A stretch of 53,464 nucleotides of DNA. Source: Rhodanobacteraceae bacterium (lineage in GTDB: Bacteria > Pseudomonadota > Gammaproteobacteria > Xanthomonadales > Rhodanobacteraceae). Positions 23,205-34,252 of this stretch are shown here, piece by piece; the stretch's first letter is position 1; every line of letters begins with the position of its first letter. The position numbers and the translations under genes are program-made. Below the pieces are notes generated by a model. The model saw only the letters and a program-made list of their open reading frames with translations, searched no databases and was not told where the DNA came from. The DNA lies in contig DAOOVM010000002.1 in NCBI GenBank assembly GCA_035370085.1, forward strand, positions 1 through 53,464, given 5' to 3'.

Positions 23205-23471
23205 TCAACGACGGATGCCCAGTCGCTCGATCAGGGTCTTGTAGCGGGCGGCGTCCTTGGCCTTGAGGTAGTTCAGCAGGCTGCGGCGGCGATTCACCAT
23301 CTTGAGCAGACCGCGGCGGCTGTGGTGGTCCTTGATGTGCTTCTCGAAGTGCTTGCTCAGCCCCTCGATCTGCGCGGAGAGGAGGGCGATCTGCACTTCC
23401 GGCGAACCGGTATCGTTGGGCACGCGGCCGTAATCGCTGATGATCTTCTTGGTCTGTTCGACAGTGAGCAT
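23205..23471 (-). CDS. rpsO: 30S ribosomal protein S15
   Basis: [25 protein letters not shown]. Confidence 0.98.
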   Translation of the reverse strand: MLTVEQTKKIISDYGRVPNDTGSPEVQIALLSAQIEGLSKHFEKHIKDHHSRRGLLKMVNRRRSLLNYLKAKDAARYKTLIERLGIRR

Positions 23472-23489
23472 GACTTGAACCTTGTAAAG

Positions 23490-23561
23490 CTAGGCGAGGC
23501 TTGTGCAGCGGCACCAAGGCAATGGCGCTGCACAAGCCCCGCGTGGATACGAAATGCCTAG
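23490..23561 (-). promoter_or_regulatory. Structured rpsO 5' leader, candidate S15 autoregulatory element
   Basis: Perfect 13-bp stem 23498-23510/23526-23538 enclosed by CTAGGC/GCCTAG pairing; TAAAAT -10 at 23572-23577 on the minus strand. Confidence 0.6.
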
Positions 23562-23631
23562 TAAGCGCGGCATTTTAGCGCGGCCGGGTGCATTGCAACA
23601 AGCCTGGCAGACCGCCCTGCCCGCGCTGCCC

Positions 23632-24555
23632 TTAGACGGAGGCATTGAAACCGCGTCGCACGCGCAATTCGCCGCTGGCGTGTACATCGACCAGGGCAAG
23701 CACCCGATGCAGGGGACCACGGGCAACATACAGGCCGGGAGCGGGGACCTCGGCCAGCGTCAGCCGCTGTCCCTGCCGCAGGCGCTGCGCCTGCCCGGCG
23801 TCGAGAGTCAGCACGGGCAGGTCGCCCAACCCCGCCTCCAGCGGCAGCAGCAGGGCATCGAGGCGCGCCGGATCTGCGGCTGCGTCGGCCAGATCGGCCA
23901 GGCGGTGCAGCTGCGGATGGCGGAAGGGCGTGACCCAGACGCGCCGCAGGGCCGTAAGGTGCGCGCCGCAACCCAGGGCCTCGCCGAGGTCGACGACCAG
24001 GCTGCGGATGTAGGTGCCCGAGCTGCACTCCACGTGCAGGGCCAGGCGGTCGCCCTCCCAGCGGGTCAGTTCCAGCGCAAAGACCTCCACCGTGCGCGCA
24101 GGCGCCTGCACTGCCTCACCGCGGCGCGCCTTGGCATACAGCGGCTCGCCGCCCTGCTTGATCGCCGAGTAGACCGGTGGCACCTGGGTAATGCGGCCGC
24201 GCAGCGGCGCCAGCGCCCGCTCGATCTGCGCGGTGTCCAGCGCAGGAACGGGCCTGCGGCGCAGCACCTGACCCTCCGCATCGCCGGTGTCCGTGGTGAC
24301 TCCAAGCATCAACTCTGCGTCATAAGCCTTAGAATTACCGAGCAAAAGACCGGCAATCTTGGTCGCTTCACCAAAGCACAGGGGCAGCAGACCCGTGGCC
24401 AGGGGATCGAGGCTGCCGGTGTGTCCGGCCTTCTCCGCACGGAACAGGCGCTTGGCCTGCTGCAGCGCCTGGTTGGAACTCAGGCCGGCCGGCTTGTCCA
24501 GCAGCAGGATGCCGTGTACCGCGCGCCAGGGGGTGGGATCGGGCTTCTTGCTCAC
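23632..24555 (-). CDS. truB: tRNA pseudouridine(55) synthase
   Basis: [45 protein letters not shown]; start uncertain (GTG 24555 or 24585). Confidence 0.96.
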   Translation of the reverse strand: MSKKPDPTPWRAVHGILLLDKPAGLSSNQALQQAKRLFRAEKAGHTGSLDPLATGLLPLCFGEATKIAGLLLGNSKAYDAELMLGVTTDTGDAEGQVLRRRPVPALDTAQIERALAPLRGRITQVPPVYSAIKQGGEPLYAKARRGEAVQAPARTVEVFALELTRWEGDRLALHVECSSGTYIRSLVVDLGEALGCGAHLTALRRVWVTPFRHPQLHRLADLADAAADPARLDALLLPLEAGLGDLPVLTLDAGQAQRLRQGQRLTLAEVPAPGLYVARGPLHRVLALVDVHASGELRVRRGFNASV

Positions 24556-24642
24556 GGAATTGGGGCAGATGCAGGGGAGGCGCAATGGCCGCCGGACGTC
24601 CGGGGACCGCGCCCCGAGGACGGCCGGCGACCGGAGGTCAAC

Positions 24643-24996
24643 TCAGCCCTTCGGCCGGTCGCCGCGCAGCAGCGACTCTATGCGTTCGCCCTTGTCGACC
24701 GAGTCGTCGTAGCGGAAGCGCAACTCGGGCACGCGCCGGATGCGCATGATCTTGGACAGTTCACGACGGAAGTCCCGGGCCATGCCGTTGAGCAGCTTCA
24801 CGGCCGGCGGACCCTGTTCGGGCATGAGGGCAGTGACGAACACCGTGGCCACATCGAGCTCACGCGAGGCCTCCACGTCGGACACGCTGACCGACGGCAA
24901 GGCGTGGTCGCGCACGGCTTCGTGGACCATGGTGCCGAGCAGGCGGCGCAGCTCGGCATTGATGCGGTCGGTGCGGCTGAAGGACTGGGAGGGCAC
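24643..24996 (-). CDS. rbfA: Ribosome-binding factor A
   Basis: RTDRINAELRR, RRVPELRFRYDDS; lies between infB and truB. Confidence 0.95.
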   Translation of the reverse strand: MPSQSFSRTDRINAELRRLLGTMVHEAVRDHALPSVSVSDVEASRELDVATVFVTALMPEQGPPAVKLLNGMARDFRRELSKIMRIRRVPELRFRYDDSVDKGERIESLLRGDRPKG

Positions 24997-25094
24997 GGGA
25001 TTCCGGAAGCTGGCGCAGGGCGGACAGGGAGAGGCCTAGCGGAGGCCGGGAGTCGCCGCAGGGCGGCTCCCGGCCCGCAGGCCGCAGGCGGCAC

Positions 25095-27701
25095 TCAGAA
25101 CGTGCGTTGCACTTCGTGGCGTTCGAAGCACTCGATCTGGTCGCCCGGCTTGACGTCGTTGTACTGCTTCACGGCGATGCCGCACTCCATGCCGTTGCGC
25201 ACCTCGTCCACGATCTCCTTGAAGCGGCGCAGGGATTCCAGCTCGCCCTGGAAGATCACCGTATTGTCGCGCAGCACGCGGATCGGCTTGTTGCGCTTGA
25301 CGAAGCCCTCGATGACCATGCACCCCGCCACCGCACCGAACTTCGAGCTGCGGAACACCTCGCGCACCTGTGCCACGCCGATGATCTCCTCGCGCACTTC
25401 CGTGCCCAGCAGTCCCGACGCGACCTGCTTCACCTGGTCGATGACGTCGTAGATGATCGAGAAGTAGCGCAGATCGAGGCCATTGGCTTCGATCAACTTG
25501 CGCGCGGACGCGTCGGCGCGCACGTTGAAGCCGATGATGGTGGCCTTGGACGCCGCCGCCAGAGTAGCGTCGGACTCGGTGATGCCGCCCACGCCGGACA
25601 CGATGACGTTGACCTTCACCAGGTCGTTGCTGAGCTTGGTCAGGGAGTCGCGCAGCGCTTCCACCGAGCCCTGCACATCCGCCTTCACCACCAGGTTCAG
25701 CGTCTGTTGCTCGCCGCCCTGGGTCATGGTCGCCATGATGTCCTCGAGCTTGGTGCTCTGCTTCACCAGGCGAGTTTCGCGGCGCTTGGACTGGCGCTGC
25801 TGCGCCACGTCCTTGGCCAGCCGCTCGTCGGCGACCGAGACGAAGTCGTCGCCGGCATCGGGCACGCCCGACAAGCCGAGCACCTGCACCGGAATCGACG
25901 GGCCCGCCTCGTTGACCTGCTGGCCGCCCTCATCGAACATGGCGCGCACGCGGCCGTATTCGACGCCGCAGACGAGGAAGTCGCCCTTCTTCAGCGTGCC
26001 GGATTGCACCAGCACGGTGGCTACCGGACCGCGGCCCTTGTCCAGGCTGGATTCGACCACCACGCCCGCGGCGCGGCCCTCACGCACGGCCCGGAGCTCG
26101 AGCACTTCGGACTGCACCAGGATAGCGTCCAGCAGATTGTCCACGCCGTCGCCCGTCTTGGCCGACACCGGCACGAACTGCACGTCGCCACCCCACTCTT
26201 CCGGCACGACTTCGTGCTGCACGAGGCCCTGCTTGACGTGGTCCGGGTTGGCCTCCGGCTTGTCCATCTTGTTCATCGCGACGATCAGCGGCACGCCGGC
26301 GGCGCGCGCGTGCTGCACGGCCTCGACGGTCTGCGGCATCACGCCGTCATCGGCCGCCACCACCAGGATGACGATATCGGTGAGCTTGGCGCCGCGCGCG
26401 CGCATGGCCGTGAAGGCCGCGTGGCCCGGCGTGTCCAGGAAAGTGATGACACCCTTGTCCGTGGTGACGTGGTAGGCACCGATGTGCTGGGTGATGCCGC
26501 CCGCCTCGCCCGCTGCCACCTTGGTGCGGCGGATGTAGTCGAGCAGCGAGGTCTTGCCGTGGTCGACGTGGCCCATGATGGTGACCACCGGCGGACGCGG
26601 CTCCTTCGCCCCCTGCCCCGCCTCGGTGGCGGCGATCAGCGTGGTCTCGGCATCCTTGGCCTCGGACTTGACCACGTTGTGGCCGAGCTCCTCCACCACC
26701 AGGGCTGCCGTGTCGTGGTCGATGACCTGGTTGATCGTGGCCATCACGCCCATCTTGAACAGCGCCTTCACCACATCCGAACCCTTGACCGCCATCTTCT
26801 GGGCCAGGTCGGCCACGACGATCGCGTCGGCGAGGGCGATGTCGCGCACCACCGGCGTGGTGGGGCGCGAGAAGCCGTGCTGACCGGTCAGCTTGGTCAG
26901 GTCGGGCTTGCCCTTCGGGCGCTTGCGTCCGGAACGGCGTGCACGCTCCTCGGCTGTCAGATGCAGTTCGCCGCCGGCGAAGCGCGACACGGTGTCGGCG
27001 TCCACGCCCGCATCCTGCATGCGATGCGATCCGTGCTTGACCTTGTGGCGGTGGGGATCGTCCTCGGCGCGACGCGGCGGCTCGTGCGACTTGTGGGCCG
27101 GCGCGCGCGACTTCGCCGCTTCGTCCTTGCGCCCCGCTTCGCCTTCGCGCGTCTCGCCCTCGACGGTCGGAAGGGCAGCCGTTTCCTCGATGCGCGCGCG
27201 CTCTTCTTCGGCACGGCGGCGCTCTTCCTCGGCAGCCCGCAGCTTGGCTTCTTCTTCCAGCCGCTTCTTCTCCTGCGCCTGACGCTCGAGCTCCTCGGCC
27301 TCGCGCTTGAGCTGCGATTCCTGCAGCTTGCGCAGGGCGTCCTCGCGCTCGCTGTCCACCGACTGATCTTCGTCCACCGCGCTGCGCTTGACGTACGTGC
27401 GCTTCTGGCGCACTTCCACGTTGACGGTCTTCGCAGCAGAGCCGCGCGCCGCCGGCGCCACGGTGATCTCGCTGACCTTCTTGCGCTTGAGGGTGATCTG
27501 GCGCGGCGCGGAGTCCTCCGCCACCGGTTCGGTCTTGCCATGGGTCCGACGCAGGAAGCCCAGCAGCTTCACCTTCTCGGTGCTGCTGATGACCTGGTCG
27601 GCGCTGCTGAACTTCATGCCCGCTTCGGCCAGCTGCGCCAGCAGCTTGTCCACCGGCGTACCCAGTACGCTGGCGAGTTGTTTGATGGTGACGTCCGACA
27701 T
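25095..27701 (-). CDS. infB: Translation initiation factor IF-2
   Basis: [36 protein letters not shown]. Confidence 0.98.
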   Translation of the reverse strand: MSDVTIKQLASVLGTPVDKLLAQLAEAGMKFSSADQVISSTEKVKLLGFLRRTHGKTEPVAEDSAPRQITLKRKKVSEITVAPAARGSAAKTVNVEVRQKRTYVKRSAVDEDQSVDSEREDALRKLQESQLKREAEELERQAQEKKRLEEEAKLRAAEEERRRAEEERARIEETAALPTVEGETREGEAGRKDEAAKSRAPAHKSHEPPRRAEDDPHRHKVKHGSHRMQDAGVDADTVSRFAGGELHLTAEERARRSGRKRPKGKPDLTKLTGQHGFSRPTTPVVRDIALADAIVVADLAQKMAVKGSDVVKALFKMGVMATINQVIDHDTAALVVEELGHNVVKSEAKDAETTLIAATEAGQGAKEPRPPVVTIMGHVDHGKTSLLDYIRRTKVAAGEAGGITQHIGAYHVTTDKGVITFLDTPGHAAFTAMRARGAKLTDIVILVVAADDGVMPQTVEAVQHARAAGVPLIVAMNKMDKPEANPDHVKQGLVQHEVVPEEWGGDVQFVPVSAKTGDGVDNLLDAILVQSEVLELRAVREGRAAGVVVESSLDKGRGPVATVLVQSGTLKKGDFLVCGVEYGRVRAMFDEGGQQVNEAGPSIPVQVLGLSGVPDAGDDFVSVADERLAKDVAQQRQSKRRETRLVKQSTKLEDIMATMTQGGEQQTLNLVVKADVQGSVEALRDSLTKLSNDLVKVNVIVSGVGGITESDATLAAASKATIIGFNVRADASARKLIEANGLDLRYFSIIYDVIDQVKQVASGLLGTEVREEIIGVAQVREVFRSSKFGAVAGCMVIEGFVKRNKPIRVLRDNTVIFQGELESLRRFKEIVDEVRNGMECGIAVKQYNDVKPGDQIECFERHEVQRTF

Positions 27702-27760
27702 TCTTCTCTACTCCGTGGTCCGACCGCTGTGCCGCCTCGTTGCGCCGTGTGCGTAGCTGA

Positions 27761-29248
27761 TCAGGCGGGCTCGCGCGCCGCCATGATCAGTGCGGCGGCG
27801 CGGTCTTCCTGCAGACCGTCGATGCCCAGCTCCATCAACTCGTCCGTGGCCAGGTCGCCCAGGTTCTCGCGCGTGACGATGCCGTGCTGGGCGAGCTCGT
27901 AGGCAAGGGCATCGTCCATGCCCTCGACCGCCAGCAGATCCTCCGCCGGCTTGTGTTCCTCGATGTCCTCTTCCACGGCCAGTGCCTCGGTGAGCAGGGC
28001 GTCCTTGGCACGGGCACGCAGCTCCTCGACGATGTCCTCGTCAAAGCCTTCCACCGCGAGCAGCTCGCCGGTTGGCACGTAGGCGATTTCCTCCACCGTG
28101 GAGAAGCCCTCCTGCACGAGGATGTTGGCGATCTCCGCATCAACCTCGAGCTTCTGCATGAAGAGCTGACGCGCAGCTTCCTGCTCGCTCTCGCTCTTCT
28201 GGCGCACCTGCGCCTCGGTCATGACGTTGAGCTGCCAGCCTGACAGCTTGCTCGCCAGGCGCACGTTCTGCCCGCCACGACCGATGGCCTGCGACAGCTT
28301 GTCCTCGGCGACGGCGATATCCATCGAGTGCTTTTCCTCGTCGACGATGATCGACTGCACCTCGGCCGGGGCCATCGCGTTGATGACGAACTGGGCGGGA
28401 TTGTCGCTCCACAGCACGATGTCGATGCGCTCGCCGTTGAGTTCGTTGGACACCGCCTGCACGCGCGATCCGCGCATGCCGATGCAGGCGCCGATGGGAT
28501 CGGTGCGCGCGTCGGAAGAGAACACCGCGATCTTCGCGCGGTCGCCCGGATCGCGCGCGCAGGCGCGGATCTCCACCAACCCCTGCCCCACTTCGGGAAC
28601 TTCGAGTTTGAACAGCTCCATCATGAATTCGGGCGCAGTGCGCGACACGAACAGCTGCGGGCCGCGCACTTCCGCGCGGACGTCGTACAGGTAGCCGCGT
28701 ACGCGATCGCCGGCGCGCACAACTTCGCGGGGAATGCTCTTGTCACGCGGGATCATTGCCTCGGCGTTGCCGCCCAGGTCGATGTAGATGTTGCCGCGTT
28801 CCACGCGCTTGACCACGCCGGTGAGCAATTCGCCGATGCGGTCACGGAAGGCGTCGACGACTTGGGCGCGCTCGGCCTCACGCACCCGCTGCACGATCAC
28901 CTGCTTGGCTGCCTGGGCGGCGATGCGGCCGAACTCCGGGTTCTCGATCTGCTCCTCGATGAACTCGCCAACCTCGATACCCGGCTTTTCGTCCACGGCA
29001 TCCATCAGGCGGATCATGCGCTCCGGTGACTCCATCACGATGTCGTCGGCCACGACTTCCCAGCGGCGGAAGGTCTCGTAGTCGCCACTGTTGCGATCGA
29101 TCGACACGCGCACGGCCACGTCCTGGTCGACGTAGCGCTTCTTCGCGGCGGAGGCCAGCGCGGCTTCCATCGCATCGAAAATGACGTTCTTGTCCACGCC
29201 CTTTTCGTTGGCAACGGCGTCCACCACCAGGAGAAGATCTTTGCTCAT
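27761..29248 (-). CDS. nusA: Transcription termination/antitermination factor NusA
   Basis: [39 protein letters not shown]-terminal acidic repeats; start MSKDLLL at 29248. Confidence 0.98.
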   Translation of the reverse strand: MSKDLLLVVDAVANEKGVDKNVIFDAMEAALASAAKKRYVDQDVAVRVSIDRNSGDYETFRRWEVVADDIVMESPERMIRLMDAVDEKPGIEVGEFIEEQIENPEFGRIAAQAAKQVIVQRVREAERAQVVDAFRDRIGELLTGVVKRVERGNIYIDLGGNAEAMIPRDKSIPREVVRAGDRVRGYLYDVRAEVRGPQLFVSRTAPEFMMELFKLEVPEVGQGLVEIRACARDPGDRAKIAVFSSDARTDPIGACIGMRGSRVQAVSNELNGERIDIVLWSDNPAQFVINAMAPAEVQSIIVDEEKHSMDIAVAEDKLSQAIGRGGQNVRLASKLSGWQLNVMTEAQVRQKSESEQEAARQLFMQKLEVDAEIANILVQEGFSTVEEIAYVPTGELLAVEGFDEDIVEELRARAKDALLTEALAVEEDIEEHKPAEDLLAVEGMDDALAYELAQHGIVTRENLGDLATDELMELGIDGLQEDRAAALIMAAREPA

Positions 29249-29288
29249 CGTTAACGCTCCACAGGCGCTTTCCGGCGCCCGAATTCGA

Positions 29289-29810
29289 TTACTTGGCTGG
29301 CTTGTTCGGCGCCTTCTTCGCGCCCTTGTTCTTTGCTTCCGGCAACAGACCCAGCGCCGCCAGGTCGGGGACCAGACGCGCCTTCTGGATGTTCTCGTGT
29401 GCCACGGCGTAGACCACGCCATCGTGCTCGATGGCGATGCTGTCGCCCTCGACGGACCGAATGACACCCTGCAGCCGCTTGCGCCCCTGGACCGGGAGGT
29501 TCAGCGCCAGCTTGGCCTGTTGGCCCAGAAACCGGCTGAATTGCGCCGGCGTGAACAGCGGGCGATCCAGTCCGGGCGAGGAGATTTCCAGCGTGTAGCG
29601 ACCAGCGATGGGGTCGTTCACGTCGAGCGTCGCCGACACCTCGCGGCTCACCGCCTCGCAGTCGTCCAGCGTGATGGGACGATCCGGCGCATCGATGTAG
29701 ATGCGCAACAGGCTGTTGCCTCGGCTGGGCGCGTACTCGATACCGAGACACTCGAAACCGAGGTCGGCGATCACCGGGATCAGCAGCTGGAGCAGTTCGT
29801 CGTCTCTCAC
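29289..29810 (-). CDS. rimP: Ribosome maturation factor RimP
   Basis: [41 protein letters not shown]. Confidence 0.96.
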   Translation of the reverse strand: MRDDELLQLLIPVIADLGFECLGIEYAPSRGNSLLRIYIDAPDRPITLDDCEAVSREVSATLDVNDPIAGRYTLEISSPGLDRPLFTPAQFSRFLGQQAKLALNLPVQGRKRLQGVIRSVEGDSIAIEHDGVVYAVAHENIQKARLVPDLAALGLLPEAKNKGAKKAPNKPAK

Positions 29811-29861
29811 GGTGTGGCGTGGCTATCCTGTTGTCCTGCAGTCGCAGCAAATCGCGGAAAC

Positions 29862-29884
29862 AAAAAATGGGCCAGAGGCCCATT
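29862..29884 (-). terminator. rimP leader terminator/attenuator hairpin
   Basis: Minus strand AATGGGCC-TCT-GGCCCATT followed by TTTT, about 50 nt upstream of rimP. Confidence 0.7.
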
Positions 29885-29974
29885 CCGTAGTCCGCCGTTG
29901 TTCCGTATCCCAACATCGGCATTGGCGTGGGGCAGCAGAGCTGCCCGCCGGCCAGCGCAATCCTTGCGCCTAGC

Positions 29975-29999
29975 AAAAAGGCCTCGCGAGGAGGCCTTT
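29975..29999 (-). terminator. Intrinsic terminator after tRNA-fMet
   Basis: Minus strand AAAGGCCTC-CTCGC-GAGGCCTTTTT. Confidence 0.8.
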
Positions 30000-30009
30000 C
30001 TGCAGTACT

Positions 30010-30086
<77 letters not shown>

Positions 30087-30099
30087 TCAGAGCTTTCGA

Positions 30100-30128
30100 A
30101 TCATACGCATCGCGCAGATTCTTTGCAA
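30100..30128 (-). promoter_or_regulatory. sigma70 promoter of tRNA-fMet/rimP operon
   Basis: Minus strand TTGCAA N17 TATGAT just upstream of the tRNA. Confidence 0.75.
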
Positions 30129-30156
30129 GCCTCCTGCGCGCGAAGCACTCCCTTCT

Positions 30157-31710
30157 TCAGGCCAGCACCACCGGGATCTTGCCAATCCGCGCCTGCCACT
30201 CGCGCGGGCCGGTCTTGTGCACCGATTCGCCGGCCGAGTCCACCGCCACGGTTACCGGCATGTCCTGCACGGTGAACTCGTAGATGGCCTCCATGCCGAG
30301 GTCGGCGAAGCCAACCACCTTCGAGGCCTTGATGGCCTTCGACACGAGGTAGGCGGCGCCGCCCACGGCCATCAGGTAGACGGACTTGTGCTTCTTGATT
30401 GCCTCGATCGCCGCCGGGCCGCGCTCGGCCTTGCCGACCATGCCGAGCAGTCCGGTCTGGGCCAGCACCTGTTCGGTGAACTTGTCCATGCGGGTGGCGG
30501 TGGTCGGGCCGGCCGGGCCGACCACTTCGTCGCGCACCGGATCCACCGGACCGACGTAGTAGATGAAGCGGCCGCGGAAATCGACCGGAAGCGGCTCGCC
30601 CTTGTTGAGCATGTCGACCATGCGCTTGTGGGCGGCATCGCGTCCGGTGAGCAGCTTGCCGTTGAGCAGCAGGACCTCACCCGGCTTCCAGCTCGCGACG
30701 TCGTCGGCGGTGACCGCGTCCAGGTTGACCCGCCGGCCCTTGGAGGCGTCGTAAGTCAGCTGCGGCCAGTCGGCCAACGAGGGTGGATCGAGCATCACCG
30801 GGCCGCTGCCGTCGAGGGTGAAGTGGGCGTGGCGGGTGGCGGCGCAGTTGGGGATCATCGCCACCGGCAGGTTGGCCGCGTGCGTCGGGTAGTCCTTGAC
30901 CTTGACGTCGAGCACCGTGGTCAGGCCGCCCAGGCCCTGGGCGCCGATGCCGAGCGCGTTGACCTTCTCGTACAGTTCCAGGCGCAACTCCTCGGCGCGG
31001 TTGGCCGGGCCGCGCGCCTGCAACTCGGTGATGTCGATCGGCTCCATCAGCGCTTCCTTGGCCAGCAGCATCGCCTTCTCGGCGGTGCCGCCGATGCCGA
31101 TGCCGAGCATGCCCGGCGGGCACCAGCCGGCGCCCATGGTCGGCACGGTCTTGAGCACCCAGTCGACGATCGAATCGGACGGGTTGAGCATGGCGAACTT
31201 GCTCTTGGCCTCCGAGCCGCCGCCCTTGGCGGCGACGATCACGTCCACCGTGGCGCCCGGCACGACCTTCGTGTTCACCACCGCCGGTGTGTTGTCCCGG
31301 GTGTTCAGGCGCTTGCCGGCCGGGTCGGCCAGCACCGAGGCGCGCAGCTTGTTGTCCGGGTGGTTGTAGGCGCGGCGCACGCCCTCGTTGACCATGTCCT
31401 CAACCGACATCGTGGCGCCGTCCCAGCGCACGTCCATGCCGATCTCCAGGAACACCGTGACGATGCCCGTGTCCTGGCAGATCGGCCGGTGGCCCTCGGC
31501 GCACATGCGCGAGTTGATCAGGATCTGGGCGATGGCGTCGCGCGCCGCCGGCGACTGCTCGCGCTCGTAGGCGGCGGCGAGGTTCCGGATGTAGTCGGTC
31601 GGGTGGTAGTAGGAGATGTACTGCAGCGCGTCGGCGACCGACTGGATGAAGTCGTCCTGGCGGATGGAGACCGGTGCGCCGGAAACGACCGAAGAAGTGG
31701 GAGAGCTCAC
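30157..31710 (-). CDS. Fumarate hydratase class I (Fe-S)
   Basis: RPICQDTG, KGGGSE, GWCPP, GIGAQGLGG, GRDAAHKR, GPTTATRMD. Confidence 0.95.
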   Translation of the reverse strand: MSSPTSSVVSGAPVSIRQDDFIQSVADALQYISYYHPTDYIRNLAAAYEREQSPAARDAIAQILINSRMCAEGHRPICQDTGIVTVFLEIGMDVRWDGATMSVEDMVNEGVRRAYNHPDNKLRASVLADPAGKRLNTRDNTPAVVNTKVVPGATVDVIVAAKGGGSEAKSKFAMLNPSDSIVDWVLKTVPTMGAGWCPPGMLGIGIGGTAEKAMLLAKEALMEPIDITELQARGPANRAEELRLELYEKVNALGIGAQGLGGLTTVLDVKVKDYPTHAANLPVAMIPNCAATRHAHFTLDGSGPVMLDPPSLADWPQLTYDASKGRRVNLDAVTADDVASWKPGEVLLLNGKLLTGRDAAHKRMVDMLNKGEPLPVDFRGRFIYYVGPVDPVRDEVVGPAGPTTATRMDKFTEQVLAQTGLLGMVGKAERGPAAIEAIKKHKSVYLMAVGGAAYLVSKAIKASKVVGFADLGMEAIYEFTVQDMPVTVAVDSAGESVHKTGPREWQARIGKIPVVLA

Positions 31711-31766
31711 GGGGCAGGCGCCAACAGGGAGGAATCGCTGATTTTACGCCAAGCCGGCGCCGGCGC

Positions 31767-32177
31767 TCAGACCTCGCCGTGGCGCAGCCACAGATCAGCG
31801 GCACTGAACTCACCGAATACGCGCACCGCGTAACCCAGGTCGCGCGCGAGCAATTCAGCATGCTCCACCAGGGCGACCCGCGCGGAGTGCGGCTCGACGA
31901 AGGCGATGCGCATGCCTTCGAAGCCCAGTCCGACAAGGCTGGGCACTAGGCGCTCGAGTTCCTCGCGGGTGGCCTGCTCGGCCGTCAATTCGTCCAGGAC
32001 GAGCAGGGAACGCGTGCCGCGACGGGCACACTCGCCGGCGATGGCCAACCACTAGTCGCGGGTGATGTCGAAGGAATCTTCCTCGCCCTGCACGTGCGCA
32101 TAGAGGTAGCCCGGGCGCTCCTGGAAGCGCAGTCGGTAGGGGGGCGCGGCGGAGATAGGTCCCGGGGCGGTCGTCAT
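31767..32177 (-). pseudogene. SpoIIAA/STAS-SEC14-like small protein interrupted by an in-frame TAG at 32052-32054
   Basis: ORFs 32052..32177 and 31767..32048 share one frame: ..DSFDITRD*WLAIAGECARRG..; C-terminal VFGEFSAADLWL; TACACT -10 7 nt upstream of the ATG. Confidence 0.65.
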
Positions 32178-32261
32178 GGCCGCGAGTGTAGCCCGCCGCC
32201 CTCTTTTCAGACGCGCGGCGGAGGCGCAGGATGCCGCCATCACCACGACGGAGGGGCGACC

Positions 32262-32732
32262 ATGAGTGCACCGGCGGGCAAGGGCATGCTGCAGAGTCTC
32301 GGCGCGGCCCTGGGGGAACTGTTTCACGGCGGCAAGCTGGAACCGCGGCAGGAGGTGTCCGTCGAGGTGCTGTTCGGACTGCTGGGCTACCTGGCGGGCG
32401 CCGACAGCATCGTCACGAGCCACGAGGCGGAATTCGCCAATGGCCTCATGGACCAGCTCGACCTGCCAGCGCGCGGCCGTGATCTGGCGCAGGGGGCTTT
32501 CCTGCGCGGCCGGCAGCGCAAGATTGAGGTCGACGCCGAGCTCAAGCGTTTCCTCGCTGAATTCCCGGCCGGTTCGACCGAAGCCGGGCGCCTCTACGAC
32601 GCTCTGGTGCAGCTGGCGGCTGCTGACGGCCGCGTGCGGCCGACCGAACGGATCTTCCTGGAGCAAGTGACCCGCGGCCTGGGCTTCCACGTCGAAGAGC
32701 TCAACCGGCGTCTCGCCGCGGCCTCGCGCTGA
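32262..32732 (+). CDS. TerB family (DjlA N-terminal-like) protein
   Basis: LLGYLAGADSIVTSHE and LAAADGRVRPTERIFL, the paired ADG..E motifs of TerB; GGAGG SD. Confidence 0.8.
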   Translation: MSAPAGKGMLQSLGAALGELFHGGKLEPRQEVSVEVLFGLLGYLAGADSIVTSHEAEFANGLMDQLDLPARGRDLAQGAFLRGRQRKIEVDAELKRFLAEFPAGSTEAGRLYDALVQLAAADGRVRPTERIFLEQVTRGLGFHVEELNRRLAAASR

Positions 32733-32768
32733 ACCGCGGCGGTCGCCGCTGCGCCGGAAGCGCCCGGC

Positions 32769-34196
32769 TCAGTCGCCACCGCCGCAGCCGCCGCAACCGC
32801 TGCTGCAACTGCCGCCGCTGTCGGAGCTGCAGCCGGAGCTGCTGTCGGACGAGCTGCCACCGGAGCCGGACGCCGGCGAGCGCACGTCGTGATAGGCGGC
32901 ATACGCCGTCCCGGCGAGCGCTGCCGTCCCTGCCAGCGCGACCGCCAGGGCCAGATCCTGTTCCCGGGGCGCGCGGGTGGCGTGGGCATGCCGCTGGCGC
33001 AACTGGGCGAGAGCACGTTCGCCGGCACGGGAGCGCGCCACGCGTCCGGCAGCGAAGCGCCAGGCGGCGAACAGGGTAACGATCACCAACAGCAGTAGTC
33101 CGCCGATCGGTTTGGCGCGAGCCACGCCGACAACCAGCTTGGCCACGCCGAGCAGCGCCACGCCCAGCGGCAGCAGGGTCGGCAGCAGGCGCGCCCGGCG
33201 CTCGGCGTCGGGGTCCAGCAGCAGGCCGCGCCGCTCGAGCGTGCGCTGCAGTGCCTGCAGGGGCCAACCGGCACGCCGGGCGGCGGTCTGCAGGCCGGCG
33301 TATCCCTGGCTGTTGACCACCAGAGTGTGGATATCGCCCAGGAGCCCCGGCGGCGCCGGCTGCTCGCCGCGCACGGCACGCTCGCCCTCCCAACGCAGGG
33401 CGCCGCCGGCCATCAGCTCGGCGACGCCGGCATCAAGGGCACGCGGCACCCCACCGGCCAGGTAGGCGATCTCCACCGCGCCCAGTCCGCTGGCGTCACC
33501 CTTGCGGCCGTTGTCGCCAAGTTGGCGGCGCCATACCCAGGCGCCGCCCAGGGCGAGCAGCAGCAGCGTCGCATAGAGCAGGAGGAACTGCGGCCCGGAC
33601 CAATCCAGCGGATTCAGCGGCAGGGCGAGTGCCATGGGCGCCACGGCGAGCGCCACCAAACCCGCGGTCCAGCGCCGCCAGTCGGGGCGGCGCGGCCGCG
33701 GCAGGAGCCAGTAACGACGGCTATCGACCCAGCGCCAGGACGCGGCGGAGCCGAATCGGCGCACGCTCGTCGGCCACAGTGTTTCGGGGGCCGCGCCAAA
33801 CCAGCGCTGATAGCTCGCCAGGGTGTGGGCGTAGTCCTGTCGGTGACGCTGCCGCGTGTCGACGCGACCATCGCTGCCCTCGTGGTGCAGGGCGAACCCG
33901 AGCACCCGGGGGCAAAAGACCTCCCAGTAATCGCGCGTGCAGGTGAGGTGCAGGTGCCAGACCTGGTCGACCTCCTCGCTGGGAGTGACCGCATGCCCGG
34001 CTCGCGCCGCAAGAAAGCAGAATCGTCGGTATTCCTCGACGGCGGCCCGGGCGAGCTCGCGCGACCAGCCCTGCTGGCGCGCCAGCTTGGCGAGGAAATC
34101 CAGGCTGCCGTCGCCCCGCTCGAAGGGGTGCGCCTGCAGGCGTTGCCAAAGCGCACGCTCAGCCTCGCCCCAGCACGCCGTGTCGGCATGTCGCAT
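32769..34196 (-). CDS. TIGR04222-domain membrane protein with N-terminal glycine-rich-domain-protein (DUF1399-like) domain
   Basis: EEYRRFCFL..PSEEVDQVWHLH..Y..FC N-domain; GPQFLLLY, EIAYLAGG; C-terminal SCSSGCGGCGGGD tail. Confidence 0.8.
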   Translation of the reverse strand: MRHADTACWGEAERALWQRLQAHPFERGDGSLDFLAKLARQQGWSRELARAAVEEYRRFCFLAARAGHAVTPSEEVDQVWHLHLTCTRDYWEVFCPRVLGFALHHEGSDGRVDTRQRHRQDYAHTLASYQRWFGAAPETLWPTSVRRFGSAASWRWVDSRRYWLLPRPRRPDWRRWTAGLVALAVAPMALALPLNPLDWSGPQFLLLYATLLLLALGGAWVWRRQLGDNGRKGDASGLGAVEIAYLAGGVPRALDAGVAELMAGGALRWEGERAVRGEQPAPPGLLGDIHTLVVNSQGYAGLQTAARRAGWPLQALQRTLERRGLLLDPDAERRARLLPTLLPLGVALLGVAKLVVGVARAKPIGGLLLLVIVTLFAAWRFAAGRVARSRAGERALAQLRQRHAHATRAPREQDLALAVALAGTAALAGTAYAAYHDVRSPASGSGGSSSDSSSGCSSDSGGSCSSGCGGCGGGD

Positions 34197-34252
34197 CGTG
34201 GTTCTCCCCTGCCGCCGTGCCACGGCGGTCGTTCGCGTCTACCGCGCCCCCG

